The notes beneath the pieces were generated by a model. That model was not told the origin of the DNA, did not search any database, and was given only the letters and a program-made list of their open reading frames with translations. From Methanocaldococcus sp. 16A (GTDB lineage Archaea > AGJL01 > Methanococci > Methanococcales > Methanocaldococcaceae), in the NCBI GenBank assembly GCA_049860595.1, contig CP187551.1: a DNA stretch of 64,000 bases; one strand, 5' to 3'. Each line of letters starts with the position of its first letter. Position 1 is the stretch's first letter. Below, piece by piece: positions 9,946 through 21,059 of the stretch. Made by a program: the position numbers and the translations under genes.

Positions 9946-11301
9946 ATGCTTAACTTAGAAAAAATAGAAAAATTGTTAGAAGTTGGAGATTATGCAGATA
10001 TAAGAATAAACTTTGGAGAAAGCAACTCCATAACATTAAAAGATGGTAAAATAGAGGAAATTTCTTCAGGTTTTGGAAATGGTGTAGCGGTTAGAGTCCT
10101 ATACAAAAATGGCTGGGGGTTTGTTACATCAAACATAGTAAATGAAGAGGAGATTGAAAAACTAATAAATAAGGCATATAGGATGGCTAAAATCTCAAAT
10201 GAATATTCAGAAAAAGAGGTTATATTGAAAGATTATAAAGCAATAACTGATAACTATACAATGATTGGAAAAATAAATCCTACTGATGTTGATATTGAAG
10301 AAAAGAAAGAGATTATTATGGATACTTACAAAAATATGATTGATGAAAAGATTAAAAGTATTTCTGTTAGCTATTCTGATGTTTTTAGCAAAAGAATATT
10401 TTTAAACAGCGAGGGTTCAAGAATTGAAGGAAAAATAACAAGATGCATAATGTATATGAACTGTGTTGCTAAAGAAAATGGAAACTTGCAATATGGAGCA
10501 GAGAGAACTGGTGGCTTTGGATTTGAGAAAATAAAAGATAATTATTTAAATTTAGCTTTAGAAGCAAAAAATAGAGCTTTAAGATTGCTGAAAGCAAAAC
10601 CTTGTCCAAAAGGCAAATTTAAAGTGATTTTAGACCCTGAATTAGCAGGAGTGTTTATACATGAAGCTGTTGGACATGCTTCAGAGGCAGATTTGGTTTT
10701 ACAAAATGATAGTGTATTTAAAGATAAATTAGGAGAAAGAGTTGGGAGCGAGTATGTTACAGTTATAGATGACGCTACAGTTAAAGATGCATTCGGCTCT
10801 TACAAATATGATGATGAGGGAGTTGAAGGAAAAAGAACAGTTATCATTGAGAATGGAATTTTAAAAACATATTTACATTCAAGAGAAACCGCTGGAAGAA
10901 TGGATGCTGAGCTAACAGGAAATGGTAGGGCTGAAGGTTTAAACAAACCAATTGTAAGGATGAGCAATACTTTCATAAAACCAGGAGATTGGAGCTTTGA
11001 AGAGCTTTTGGAAGATACAAAAGAGGGAATATTTTTGAAAGGTTCAAGAGGAGGACAGGTTGATACTGGTAAAGGTTTATTCCAATTTAGTGCTGTTGAA
11101 GCTTATTTAATTGAAAATGGGGAGCTAACTCAAGTTTTAAAAGATGCTGGATTAAGTGGTGAGATTTTAGATATATTATTTAAAGTGGATGCTGTTACAA
11201 AGGATTTCGAGCTGAGTGTTGGTTACTGTGGAAAATATGGGCAGAGTGTTCCAGTTGGAGATGGAGGAGGATGTGTTAGGACAATAGCTACTGTTTCCTA
11301 A
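9946..11301 (+). CDS. tldD: TldD/PmbA family metalloprotease
   Basis: HEAVGHASEAD, DDEGV, RMSNT, CGK.GQSVPVGDG. Confidence 0.93.
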   Translation: MLNLEKIEKLLEVGDYADIRINFGESNSITLKDGKIEEISSGFGNGVAVRVLYKNGWGFVTSNIVNEEEIEKLINKAYRMAKISNEYSEKEVILKDYKAITDNYTMIGKINPTDVDIEEKKEIIMDTYKNMIDEKIKSISVSYSDVFSKRIFLNSEGSRIEGKITRCIMYMNCVAKENGNLQYGAERTGGFGFEKIKDNYLNLALEAKNRALRLLKAKPCPKGKFKVILDPELAGVFIHEAVGHASEADLVLQNDSVFKDKLGERVGSEYVTVIDDATVKDAFGSYKYDDEGVEGKRTVIIENGILKTYLHSRETAGRMDAELTGNGRAEGLNKPIVRMSNTFIKPGDWSFEELLEDTKEGIFLKGSRGGQVDTGKGLFQFSAVEAYLIENGELTQVLKDAGLSGEILDILFKVDAVTKDFELSVGYCGKYGQSVPVGDGGGCVRTIATVS

Positions 11302-11502
11302 CCATAGTGGTGGGTGTTTTTCTATTTATCCCTCTAATCATCCATTTATTATTTAAAAAAATTAATTTATACCATTGTTTTAATGGATTAAGTATTTAAA
11401 TTTGTTACTACTATACTTTAAATTTATTAATTTAAATTTATAGATTTTAAGTAAAATAAAAAAATAAAAATTTAGAAATTAAGGGTTATTTATTCGGAGG
11501 AG

Positions 11503-13140
11503 TTAAAATTCATCACCTCCCATGTCTCCGCCTTCTCCGCCTTTCTCGTCTCCTTTAACTTTCTCAGCAGCAATGACATCGTCAATTCTTAAGAGCATGA
11601 CTGATGCTTCTGTAGCAGAGTCAATTGCTTGTGTTTTAACTTTTAATGGTTCAACAACTCCTTTTTCTAACATGTTAACAACTTCTCCTTCGAAGACATC
11701 TAATCCGCAAACTTCTCCTCCTTCTTTCTCGTGAGCAGCTCTTAACTTAACGAGCATGTCAATTGGGTCTAATCCTGAGTTCTCAGCTAATGTTCTTGGA
11801 ATGACTTCTAAAGCATCAGCAAATGCTTTAACTGCTAATTGCTCTCTTCCAGCAACAGTCTCTGCGTATTTTCTTAATCTCTTAGCTAATTCTATTTCAG
11901 TAGCTCCTCCACCAGCAACAATCTTACCTTCTTCTAATGCACACTTAACAACTCCAATTGCATCATCTAAAGCTCTTGCAACTTCTTCAACGACATGCTC
12001 TGTTGAACCTCTTGCTAAGATTGTTACAGCTTTTGGATGCTTGCACTGCTCAACGAATATCATTGCATCTCCAGCAACTTTTCTCTCTTCAACTAATCCA
12101 GCTTCTCCTAAGTCTTCTGGTGTTAAGTCATCAATCTTTGTAACGATTCTTGCTCCTGTTGCTTTAGCTAATTTCTCCATGTCTGATTTCTTAACTCTTC
12201 TTACTGCTAAGATTCCCTTCTTAGCTAAGTAGTGCTGAGCTAAGTCATCAATTCCTTTCTGACAGAAGACAACATTAGCTCCTGTAGCAGCAATCTTCTC
12301 AACCATGTCTTTAATCATTTTCTCTTCTTGCTCAATGAACTCCATTAACTTAGATGGGTCAGTAATTCTTATTTCAGCATCTGTTTCTGTCTCTTTGACT
12401 TCAATTGGGCAGTTTAATAATGCAATCTTAGCGTTTTCAACTTTCTTTGGCATTTGTGGGTTGACTCTCTCTTTGTCAATGACGACTCCTCTTATTAATG
12501 TAGTTTCTTCAATTGGAGCTCCTTCTTTCTTCTCAACTTTAATTAAGTCTTTGTCAACTTTTCCTGTTTCTTCATCAACAACTGCTCTAACAGCTTCAAC
12601 AACAATTTCAGCTAACTGTTCTCTTGCTTTCTCTGCTCCTTTTCCAGTAATTGATGTCATTGCAATTTTCTTTAACATTTCTGTATCATCAGCTTTTATT
12701 TCTTTAGCTATAGCTTTTAATTCTTCAACTGCCTTGTTTCTTGCCATTTCGTATCCATTGATGATGACTGATGGGTGGATGTTTTGGTCTAATAACTCTT
12801 CAGCCTTTCTTAATAACTCTCCAGCAATAACAACTGCTGTTGTTGTACCATCTCCAACTTCTTTCTCTTGTGTTTTAGCAACTTCTATTAACATCTTAGC
12901 AGCTGGGTGCTCAACACTCATTTCTTTTAATATTGTAACTCCATCGTTTGTAACAACAATGTCTCCTAACTCATCAACTAACATTTTGTCCATTCCTTTT
13001 GGACCTAATGTTGTTCTAACTGTCTCAGCGATAATTCTACCTGCTAATATGTTCATTCTTTGAGCGTCTCTCCCGACGTATCTCTTAACATTTTGTGGTA
13101 ATACTACTATTGGGGTTCCTGCCATTGCCATGTGTCTCAC
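11503..13140 (-). CDS. ths: Thermosome (group II chaperonin) subunit
   Basis: [28 protein letters not shown]; strongly biased codon usage. Confidence 0.98.
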   Translation of the reverse strand: MRHMAMAGTPIVVLPQNVKRYVGRDAQRMNILAGRIIAETVRTTLGPKGMDKMLVDELGDIVVTNDGVTILKEMSVEHPAAKMLIEVAKTQEKEVGDGTTTAVVIAGELLRKAEELLDQNIHPSVIINGYEMARNKAVEELKAIAKEIKADDTEMLKKIAMTSITGKGAEKAREQLAEIVVEAVRAVVDEETGKVDKDLIKVEKKEGAPIEETTLIRGVVIDKERVNPQMPKKVENAKIALLNCPIEVKETETDAEIRITDPSKLMEFIEQEEKMIKDMVEKIAATGANVVFCQKGIDDLAQHYLAKKGILAVRRVKKSDMEKLAKATGARIVTKIDDLTPEDLGEAGLVEERKVAGDAMIFVEQCKHPKAVTILARGSTEHVVEEVARALDDAIGVVKCALEEGKIVAGGGATEIELAKRLRKYAETVAGREQLAVKAFADALEVIPRTLAENSGLDPIDMLVKLRAAHEKEGGEVCGLDVFEGEVVNMLEKGVVEPLKVKTQAIDSATEASVMLLRIDDVIAAEKVKGDEKGGEGGDMGGDEF

Positions 13141-13264
13141 CTCAGGTTGTTACCTTATTCGGTATATACATGATAATGAAATTCTATATAAATTTTTTGG
13201 TTATGTTCATGATTATGACAAAAACATTAAATCTATATATTTAAAAAATAATAAAAAATAAAAA

Positions 13265-13768
13265 TTAGCATAATTTTTTCAATCTGCCATTATCTAAAAC
13301 AAAGAGTTCAAAACCATACATTTTGGCTTTATTTATAATTTTGCTATCTGCAGATAATAAGCAAAATATTACTTTAACATCTCTATTTGTTGCAATAGGA
13401 TGTTTTTTTATATTATCTATTAAATTTGCTATTTTTCTCATTTTGTTTATTGCTCTTTTTTTATCTGTTTCTATTTCTGCAATTATAACCTCTTTATCAT
13501 TTATAATTACTAAATCTGGTCTAAAACCTAAATTAGAAAGTTTAGTTCCAGAGGATTCTATATATTGATTACCTTTAAATATCTCCAATAATTTCTCCCT
13601 AATATAGCTATGATAGAAACCTTCAGCTCCTACTTTGTCCCCATATATGGCTATTTTTAAATTTTCTATAGCTTTATCTATTGCCTTATTGTTTAATTTT
13701 TCATTTATATCTTCGAGCTCTTTTATTATATTCAATATTCTATTTTTTAATGCTTCATTTCCTTGCAT
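13265..13768 (-). CDS. Putative PD-(D/E)XK-superfamily nuclease overlapping the end of mutS
   Basis: E..YH helix, then FRPDLVII...VIIAEIET (PD...ExE variant); start overlaps mutS stop region by 22 nt. Confidence 0.6.
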   Translation of the reverse strand: MQGNEALKNRILNIIKELEDINEKLNNKAIDKAIENLKIAIYGDKVGAEGFYHSYIREKLLEIFKGNQYIESSGTKLSNLGFRPDLVIINDKEVIIAEIETDKKRAINKMRKIANLIDNIKKHPIATNRDVKVIFCLLSADSKIINKAKMYGFELFVLDNGRLKKLC

Positions 13769-16212
13769 TTTTTCACTATTCTATCTAACTCTATAAGAGC
13801 CTGTATTGGAGTTAAATTATTTGTATCTATATTGGCAATTTCTTTGATTAGGCTATTATCTACCTTAGTATCTAAGGTTTTATATATTTCATAAGCTCTA
13901 TCAACAACTTCTTTAGGTAGAACTAATTCAGCTATCTTTATTCCATAGCTCTCCTTACTAACTCCTCTCCTTATCTTTCTATCAAACTCTAATGTTTCTC
14001 CCTCAATAATTCTAAAGTGGTAATTCTTAACTCCCTCTAATAAGCTCTCAAGCTCTGCTAATTCATGATAATGAGTAGCAAATAATGTCTTAGCTCCTAT
14101 TTTGTGTATATATTCTACAATAGCCCAAGCCAAACTTGTACCATCTCTACTACCTGTACTTTTACCAACTTCATCCAATAGTATTAAGCTCTTACTCGTT
14201 GCATTTCTTAATATTTGTCCTACTTCAGCAATCTCTACCATAAAACTACTATAACCTCTTGTAATATCATCTACAGTTCCAATTCTTGTGAATATCCTAT
14301 CTACAACCCCTATAACTGCATATTTTGCAGGAACAAAACATCCAATTTGTGCCATAATTGTTATTAGTGCTGTCATTCTTAAATATGTAGATTTACCAGC
14401 CATATTTGGACCAGTTATTAATATTATCCTACTATCTCTCGTTAATGTAACATCATTTGGAGTAAATTTAACTGTTAATTCAACGGTAGGATGTCTTCCA
14501 TCCTTTATAATTATATCATATCCATTATTTACTTTTGGTCTTTTGTAATTGTAAAGAACAGAAACTTCTGCAAATGTAGATAATACATCAAGTTCAGCTA
14601 TTTTTAAAGCACAATCTCTTATCTCATCAACTCTCTCAGCTATTTTATTTCTAATATTTATAAAGAGTTCATACTCTAAATTTTTTATCTTTTCTTCACA
14701 TGCTAATATTTTAGTTTCCATTGACTCAAGCTCATCTATAGTATATCTCTCAGAGTTTGCCAAAGTTTGCTTTCTCTTATAATGTTTTGGAACAAACTTA
14801 ATTTTTGATTTTGGCACCTCTATGTAGTATCCCATAACTGAATTATAACTAATCTTTAATTTTTCAATGCCTGTTGCTTTTCTTTCTCTTTCTTCAAGCT
14901 CTTTAATGAATTTCTCATGATTATTTTTAAGTTCTCTTAACTCATCCAATTCAGCTGAAAATCCTTCTTTAATTATCCCTCCATCCTTTATACTTAATGG
15001 AGGGTCTTCCACTATAGCACTATCTATAAGCTCTACAATGTCATTTAATGTTTTTAGTTCTTCAACAATTATATTTAATTTTGTAGAAGTAAAGTTAAAG
15101 TTTTTTATTTCTTCAATAGCTTTTAAAGAATTTTTTAAAGCTATTAAATCCTTTGGTGTGGCTTTTTTATACTCTATTCTACTTACTATTCTCTCAAGGT
15201 CATAAACATCTTTTAAAATCTCTCTAAGATTTTGCCTTAAAAAACTCTTTTCATAGAGTTCTTCAACAGCCTCCAATCTTTTATCTATCTCATCTACATT
15301 TATTAAAGGTCTTTGTAGCCATCTTTTTAATAACCTACTTCCCATTGCAGTCATTGTTTTATCTAAAACTTCAATTAAAGAGCCTCTTCTACTATTATCA
15401 ATTAAGTTTTTAAATATCTCAAGATTTTTCAAAGTAGTGGAGTCTAATATCATATATTCTTTGCTAATATATTTCTGCAATCTAAATTTAAGCTCCTTTA
15501 CCAATAAAGATTCTTTAATGTACTTCAATGCAGCACCACAAGCTATTATAGATTCATTCTCAAGTTCCAAGCTTTTAAGATTTGCAATGCATTCCTCAAG
15601 TAAATTTAAACAGTCCTCTTTTTTGTAATAATCTTCACTTAGAGGATGAACTACAGGAATATGTTTCTTTATTTCTTCCAAATTCTCAAAATCTTTTGGT
15701 AAAATACATTCAACTGGAGTAAATTTTAATATTTCAGCTATAACTTCCTCAAAACTATCTACAGTTGTAGTTAAAAATTCCCCAGTAGATACATCAATTA
15801 ATGCAATCCCAAACTTACAGCCTTTATATATAGAGATGAGATAGTTGTTCTCTTTAGTTAATAGCTCTTCCTCAATTAATGTTCCTGGAGTTATAACTCT
15901 AACAACTTCTCTTTTAACTAAACCCTTAGCTTTTGAAGGGTCCTCAACCTGCTCACATATAGCTACAGTATAACCTCTCTCTATCAACCTCTTTATATAT
16001 GGGAATACTGCATGATGAGGAACACCAGCCATTGGGTGCTTTTTATCCCTTGATGTTAAAACAATACCGAGCTCTTTAGAGGCGATTTTTGCATCTTCAT
16101 CAAAAAGCTCGTAGAAATCTCCAACTCTGAAAAATAGTAATGCATCTTTATATCTCTCCTTAATCCTATAATATTGCCTCATCATTGGAGTTAAGTTGGC
16201 CATAATAATCAC
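13747..16212 (-). CDS. mutS: DNA mismatch repair protein MutS (MutS1 type)
   Basis: TPMMRQY, FFRVGDFYELF (Phe-X-Glu mismatch motif), TGPNMAGKST Walker A, SSFMVE, LLDEVG, FATHYHEL, SYGI, C-terminal LTPIQAL. Confidence 0.96.
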   Translation of the reverse strand: MIIMANLTPMMRQYYRIKERYKDALLFFRVGDFYELFDEDAKIASKELGIVLTSRDKKHPMAGVPHHAVFPYIKRLIERGYTVAICEQVEDPSKAKGLVKREVVRVITPGTLIEEELLTKENNYLISIYKGCKFGIALIDVSTGEFLTTTVDSFEEVIAEILKFTPVECILPKDFENLEEIKKHIPVVHPLSEDYYKKEDCLNLLEECIANLKSLELENESIIACGAALKYIKESLLVKELKFRLQKYISKEYMILDSTTLKNLEIFKNLIDNSRRGSLIEVLDKTMTAMGSRLLKRWLQRPLINVDEIDKRLEAVEELYEKSFLRQNLREILKDVYDLERIVSRIEYKKATPKDLIALKNSLKAIEEIKNFNFTSTKLNIIVEELKTLNDIVELIDSAIVEDPPLSIKDGGIIKEGFSAELDELRELKNNHEKFIKELEERERKATGIEKLKISYNSVMGYYIEVPKSKIKFVPKHYKRKQTLANSERYTIDELESMETKILACEEKIKNLEYELFINIRNKIAERVDEIRDCALKIAELDVLSTFAEVSVLYNYKRPKVNNGYDIIIKDGRHPTVELTVKFTPNDVTLTRDSRIILITGPNMAGKSTYLRMTALITIMAQIGCFVPAKYAVIGVVDRIFTRIGTVDDITRGYSSFMVEIAEVGQILRNATSKSLILLDEVGKSTGSRDGTSLAWAIVEYIHKIGAKTLFATHYHELAELESLLEGVKNYHFRIIEGETLEFDRKIRRGVSKESYGIKIAELVLPKEVVDRAYEIYKTLDTKVDNSLIKEIANIDTNNLTPIQALIELDRIVKKCKEMKH

Positions 16213-16372
16213 TTCTTTAAATTTTTTTAAATTTTATTTAATATTATGTGAAAAATAGAATTATCCATACATTAAAGCCCAAATATTTGCAAATTTTCAA
16301 AATAAAACTAATTAAATCAATTCTTTAATCCATATCGACAAATTAACATATATTAAAAAGGTTTATTTAATA

Positions 16373-16440
16373 TAGGACTTTCGCAGTTTATATATTAGTT
16401 TAGTGTATTTATGATGCATTATGTTTATTCCTTCACGCTA
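16373..16440. mobile_element. MITE-like family A copy, right end degenerate
   Basis: TAGGACTTTCGCAGTTTATATATT ... TTTATTCCT. Confidence 0.65.
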
Positions 16441-16461
16441 TAAAAATTTGATGGGCTGATA

Positions 16462-17706
16462 GTGATGTTCCAAAAACCGAGAGGAACAAGGGATTTTTTA
16501 CCAGAAGAAATGAAAAAAAGGAGATTTATTGAAAATAAGTTGAGAGAAGTTTTTGAGAGATATGGATATAAGGAGATATTAACACCAACCTTTGAAAGTT
16601 TTGAGTTAATTGCTAAAAAAACAGGAGAAGAAATTAGAAAACAACTTTATGTTTTTAAAGATCATGGTGGAAGAGAAATGGCTTTAAGACCTGAAATGAC
16701 GTCTCCAGTTGTAAGATTCTATTTAAATGAATTAAAGAATTTACAGAAACCTTTAAGATTATATTATTTTGCTAATTGCTTTAGATATGAGAGACCTCAA
16801 GCTGGAAGATTTAGAGAGTTTTGGCAGATGGGTTGTGAGTTAATAGGTTGTAAAGAACCGTTAGCAGATGCTGAAGTTTTAAATTTAGCGATGGATGGTT
16901 TAATAAATATTGGTTTAGATTTTGATGTTCATATTGGTCATTTGGGAGTTTTGAAGGGTGTTTTAGAGAAGTTTAATGTTAGTGAGGAAGAAGAGGTTAA
17001 AATAAGAAGGTTGATAGATAAAGAGGATTATGAAAATTTAGAGAAATACTTAACTCAAATCTTAGGGGAAGAAAAGAAGGAGCTAATATTTGATATATTA
17101 AAATTTAAAGGAGGAAAAGAGATTTTAGATGAACTAAAAGAGATATTGAAAGATTTCCCAAAATCTATAGAGGCAATAAATAACTTAGAAGAGATTTTAG
17201 AGTATGTTATTCATGATAGATATACAATAAACCTTGGAATTGCAAGAGGTTTGGATTATTATACAGGAATGGTATTTGAGATATATGGAAAGAAAGGAGC
17301 TAAGCAGATATGTGGTGGAGGGAGATATGACAATTTAATAGAAACATTTGGAGGAGAGCCAACACCAGCAGTTGGTTTTGCCTATGGATTTGATAGAATT
17401 ATGATGAATATTGATGACCTAAATATTGAAGAAGAAAATATTTTAATAATCCCAGTAAAAAAAGATAAGGAATTAATTAAAAAATCTCTAATTATAGCTG
17501 ATAAGTTAAGAAAAGCTGGAAAAATTGTAGAACTTGAAATTATGGGTAGAAAGTTAAGAAAAGCTTTGGATTATGCAAATTCGAGAGGATTTAAGAAAGT
17601 AGTTATTGTCGGAGAGAAAGAGCTTAATGAAAATAAAGTAACTTTAAAGGATATGGTTACAGGAGAGCAGAAATTAATCAACATAGATGAATTAACAAAT
17701 CTCTAA
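16462..17706 (+). CDS. hisS: Histidine--tRNA ligase
   Basis: [43 protein letters not shown]. Confidence 0.98.
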   Translation: MMFQKPRGTRDFLPEEMKKRRFIENKLREVFERYGYKEILTPTFESFELIAKKTGEEIRKQLYVFKDHGGREMALRPEMTSPVVRFYLNELKNLQKPLRLYYFANCFRYERPQAGRFREFWQMGCELIGCKEPLADAEVLNLAMDGLINIGLDFDVHIGHLGVLKGVLEKFNVSEEEEVKIRRLIDKEDYENLEKYLTQILGEEKKELIFDILKFKGGKEILDELKEILKDFPKSIEAINNLEEILEYVIHDRYTINLGIARGLDYYTGMVFEIYGKKGAKQICGGGRYDNLIETFGGEPTPAVGFAYGFDRIMMNIDDLNIEEENILIIPVKKDKELIKKSLIIADKLRKAGKIVELEIMGRKLRKALDYANSRGFKKVVIVGEKELNENKVTLKDMVTGEQKLINIDELTNL

Positions 17707-17784
17707 GCAGTTTATATATTTAAGGCTTCAAAATTCTGCGAAATCTCTATTCTAATTCTATAATTTTATTCTTAGGAGATATTT

Positions 17785-18651
17785 ATGGTGAAGATAACAA
17801 TTTTATCTCCAGAAGGTAAAAGCTGTAGTGTTTGGAATCTAAAGAGAGAGATTGAGAAATTAGGGGCTAATTGTGAAATATTTTTATTATCACACCCAGA
17901 AACATTAATGAGTTATGATTTTAAATTAGAGACTGATTTAATTCACTCAAGATGTGGAATAGGAGATTATGAAGATAAATTAACTCTCTACTCTTGGCAA
18001 TTCATAAATGCATTGGAAGTTGAGAATTGTAGATTTATAAATCCAATTAAAACACTCTATCTCACATCAGATAAATTTAAATGTATAAAATTACTTGCAA
18101 AAAATAAAATAATAACACCAAAAACAGCATTAATTAGGGATTATGAAGATGCTATAAAATTCATAAAAAAATACAATTTAAAATTTCCAGTAGTTATAAA
18201 AAATTCCTTCTCAAAGTGTGGTTTGAAGGTATTTATGGCAAAAAATTTTGAAGAATTGAAGGAACTTACAAAAAATGCAATATGGGAAGGGAAGATTATT
18301 CAAGAATTTATTGATTTTAAAGAAAATGGCTTATATAAGGATATGAGAATATTAGTTGTTGATGGAGAGGTTGTAGGTGGATATAGGAGAGTCAGTAAAG
18401 ATTTTAGAACAAACCTTTATTTGGGAAATGTCGTTGAAAAATTAAATATAGATGAAGAACTTGAGGAGTTAGCTTTAAAATGTGCTGATTTATCTGAAGC
18501 TGTAATTTTGGGAGTAGATATTCTACCAACAAAAGATAGCTATTATGTTATTGAACTCAACTCCTCCCCGGGAACTAAGGGCTTTAGAGATATAGGAATA
18601 AATGCAGACAAAAAAATAGCAGAAGCTTTAATTAGATATGCAAAATCCTAA
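17785..18651 (+). CDS. cofF: RimK-family ATP-grasp ligase, probably coenzyme gamma-F420-2:alpha-L-glutamate ligase
   Basis: SDKF, IIQEFI, DMRILVVDG, FRTNL, GVDIL, IELNSSPG; position after hisS as recalled for MJ1001. Confidence 0.8.
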   Translation: MVKITILSPEGKSCSVWNLKREIEKLGANCEIFLLSHPETLMSYDFKLETDLIHSRCGIGDYEDKLTLYSWQFINALEVENCRFINPIKTLYLTSDKFKCIKLLAKNKIITPKTALIRDYEDAIKFIKKYNLKFPVVIKNSFSKCGLKVFMAKNFEELKELTKNAIWEGKIIQEFIDFKENGLYKDMRILVVDGEVVGGYRRVSKDFRTNLYLGNVVEKLNIDEELEELALKCADLSEAVILGVDILPTKDSYYVIELNSSPGTKGFRDIGINADKKIAEALIRYAKS

Positions 18652-18719
18652 ATGTCTTCCTTTTGGGAGACATTCAAATTTTCCTTTTTAAAGTTTAGTT
18701 TATTTTGCACAAAACTATA
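18651..18719. mobile_element. Half copy of MITE-like family B element (hairpin + one terminal inverted repeat)
   Basis: AATGTCTTCCTTTTGGGAGACATT hairpin then CAAATTTTCCTTTTTAAAGTTTA...TTTTGCACAAAACTATA; reverse complement matches 37382-37452. Confidence 0.8.
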
Positions 18720-18733
18720 AATTCTCATTTCTA

Positions 18734-19672
18734 ATGGTGGAGTTAATGATAGCAAAGCATATAATAAAGCATGGATTGGAATTAGCTTATGATATTAAGG
18801 CAGATGCATTTATGATTTTTACAGAGACAGGAAAATCTTATGAATTATTAAAATCATTAAAAAAAGATAACAACTCAAAAATCTTGAAGATATTTGATAA
18901 AATGATACATAAAAACTTGAAGATAATTGTTGCCACACCAAATGAGATAACTTATAAAAAAATTACTCATGAAAATGAAGAAAATATCTACCCTGTATTT
19001 ATTAAGCATAGAGAAGATAATAGATGCATGATAATAAGTAGTGGTATTGTTCATGCTCTAAAAAGAAAGATATTAAAAGAAAATCATAGAATTGTTGCAG
19101 TAGTTGGAGAACCAAAAACCCCTGGGAAGTTGGATACAATAATGGTTGTTAATGTAAAAGACTATGTAAAGACCTTAACTTTATATAAGCTCTTTGAAAC
19201 ATTAGATGAAAAACAGAGAAGAACTTTAAAAGAGGTTATAAAATTAGCTATGGAAATTGGGAGAGAGGGAAGAGAAGGAGAATGTGTTGGAACAATATTT
19301 GTTATTGGAGATACACTAAATGTTATGAATATGTCCAAACCTTTAATATTAAATCCATTTGCTGGACACAATGCAAGCATATTTGATAAAAATGTAAAAG
19401 GAACTATAAAGGAGCTATCTTCTATTGATGGAGCATTTATAGTTACTGATGAAGGAAAAGTAGTTTCAGCAGGTAGATTCTTAGAGACAAAAGGAGATGT
19501 TGATATACCAAAAGGTTTAGGAGCGAGGCACATGGCAGCTGCAAGTATAACAAAAAATACAAATGCCATAGCTGTAACTGTTTCACAAAGTGGTGGAGTG
19601 GTTAGGGTATTTAAAGATGGGAAAATAGTGTTTGAAACTGACCCAAGAGCAAATATAATATTCTTTGATTAG
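18734..19672 (+). CDS. dacZ: Diadenylate cyclase, DacZ type (PK_C-like + DisA_N/DAC domain)
   Basis: EGREG..VGTIF, IDGAFIV (DGA), GLGARHMAAASIT, VSQSGG. Confidence 0.88.
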   Translation: MVELMIAKHIIKHGLELAYDIKADAFMIFTETGKSYELLKSLKKDNNSKILKIFDKMIHKNLKIIVATPNEITYKKITHENEENIYPVFIKHREDNRCMIISSGIVHALKRKILKENHRIVAVVGEPKTPGKLDTIMVVNVKDYVKTLTLYKLFETLDEKQRRTLKEVIKLAMEIGREGREGECVGTIFVIGDTLNVMNMSKPLILNPFAGHNASIFDKNVKGTIKELSSIDGAFIVTDEGKVVSAGRFLETKGDVDIPKGLGARHMAAASITKNTNAIAVTVSQSGGVVRVFKDGKIVFETDPRANIIFFD

Positions 19673-19690
19673 ATATGGCTAGGTGATAAA

Positions 19691-20953
19691 TTGACACTGG
19701 TAGAGAAGATATTATCAAAAAAAGTTGGTTATAAGGTCTATGAAGGAGATAGCATAGAGGTTGAGGTAGATTTGGCAATGACGCATGATGGAACTACACC
19801 ATTAGCTTATAAAGCTTTAAAAGAGATGAGCGATAGCGTTTGGAATCCAGATAAAATAGTTGTTGCCTTCGACCACAATGTTCCAGCAAATACAGTTAAA
19901 GCTGCTGAAATGCAAAAATTGGCTTTAGAGTTTGTTAAGAGATTTGGCATAAAAAATTTCCATAAAGGTGGGGAAGGTATTTGCCATCAAATCTTAGCTG
20001 AGAATTATGTTCTTCCTAATATGTTTGTAGCTGGTGGAGACAGCCATACATGCACTCATGGAGCTTTTGGAGCTTTTGCCACTGGCTTTGGGGCTACTGA
20101 TATGGCTTATATTTATGCAACAGGGGAAACATGGATTAAAGTACCAAAAACTATTAGGGTTGATATTGTTGGAAAAAATGAGAATATTTCTGCTAAAGAT
20201 ATTGTTCTGAGAGTTTGTAGGGAGATAGGTAGGAGAGGAGCTACATACATGGCTATTGAATATGGCGGAGAAGTTGTAAAAAATATGGATATGGATGGGA
20301 GATTAACATTATGTAATATGGCAATAGAAATGGGAGGAAAAACAGGAGTTATAGAGGCAGATGAAATAACTTACAACTATTTAAAGAAAGAGAGGAATCT
20401 AAGTGATGAAGAAATTGCAAAATTAAAAAAAGAAAGAATAACAGTAAATAGGGAAGAGGAGAGTTATTATAAAGAAATTGAGATTGACATAACAGATATG
20501 GAAGAGCAAATAGCAGTTCCACACCATCCTGATAATGTAAAGCCAGTTAGTGAAGTTGAAGGAATTGAAATTGATCAAGTTTTTATAGGTAGTTGTACAA
20601 ATGGAAGATTGAGTGATTTAAGGGAAGCAGCTAAATACTTAAAGGGTAGAGAGGTTCATAAAGATGTTAAATTAATTATCATCCCTGCATCAAAAAAGGT
20701 TTTTATGCAAGCGTTAAAAGAGGGGCTTATTGATATATTTGTTAAAGCTGGGGCAATGATTTGCACACCTGGATGCGGCCCATGCTTAGGGGCTCATCAA
20801 GGAGTTTTAGCTGAGGGGGAAGTTTGTTTATCAACAACAAACAGAAACTTTAGAGGAAGAATGGGACATATAAATAGCTATATTTATTTGGCATCACCAA
20901 AAGTTGCTGCAATAAGTGCAATTAAAGGATACATAACTAATAAATTAGATTAA
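19691..20953 (+). CDS. aksD: Homoaconitase large subunit (LeuC/aconitase family)
   Basis: HDGT, DH, GICHQ, GDSHTCT, GSCTNGR, CGPCLG, STTNRNF; paralog assignment from recalled synteny (MJ1003). Confidence 0.85.
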   Translation: MTLVEKILSKKVGYKVYEGDSIEVEVDLAMTHDGTTPLAYKALKEMSDSVWNPDKIVVAFDHNVPANTVKAAEMQKLALEFVKRFGIKNFHKGGEGICHQILAENYVLPNMFVAGGDSHTCTHGAFGAFATGFGATDMAYIYATGETWIKVPKTIRVDIVGKNENISAKDIVLRVCREIGRRGATYMAIEYGGEVVKNMDMDGRLTLCNMAIEMGGKTGVIEADEITYNYLKKERNLSDEEIAKLKKERITVNREEESYYKEIEIDITDMEEQIAVPHHPDNVKPVSEVEGIEIDQVFIGSCTNGRLSDLREAAKYLKGREVHKDVKLIIIPASKKVFMQALKEGLIDIFVKAGAMICTPGCGPCLGAHQGVLAEGEVCLSTTNRNFRGRMGHINSYIYLASPKVAAISAIKGYITNKLD

Positions 20954-21059
20954 AATAAAATAAATTAGATTTTAGTTAAAATCAATTTTAAAAAGATAAA
21001 GATAAAAAGATAAAAAGTTCAAATGCTATAATTATTTTTATAAATTTTTCCGTGATACT

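Noticed and set aside
11307-11399. 30-codon GTG ORF after tldD (MVGVFLFIPLIIHLLF...)
   Set aside because: No clear RBS, too short and no recognisable family; could be a remnant but cannot be supported
11522-13063. Long plus-strand ORFs antisense to the thermosome (similar ones lie opposite cheC, MCPs, cheB, cheA, serA)
   Set aside because: Ser/Phe/Ile-rich shadow ORFs caused by codon bias of the real genes
13141-16460. mutS cassette as an integrated mobile element
   Set aside because: No integrase, transposase, tRNA site or flanking direct repeats seen; composition looks like the backbone
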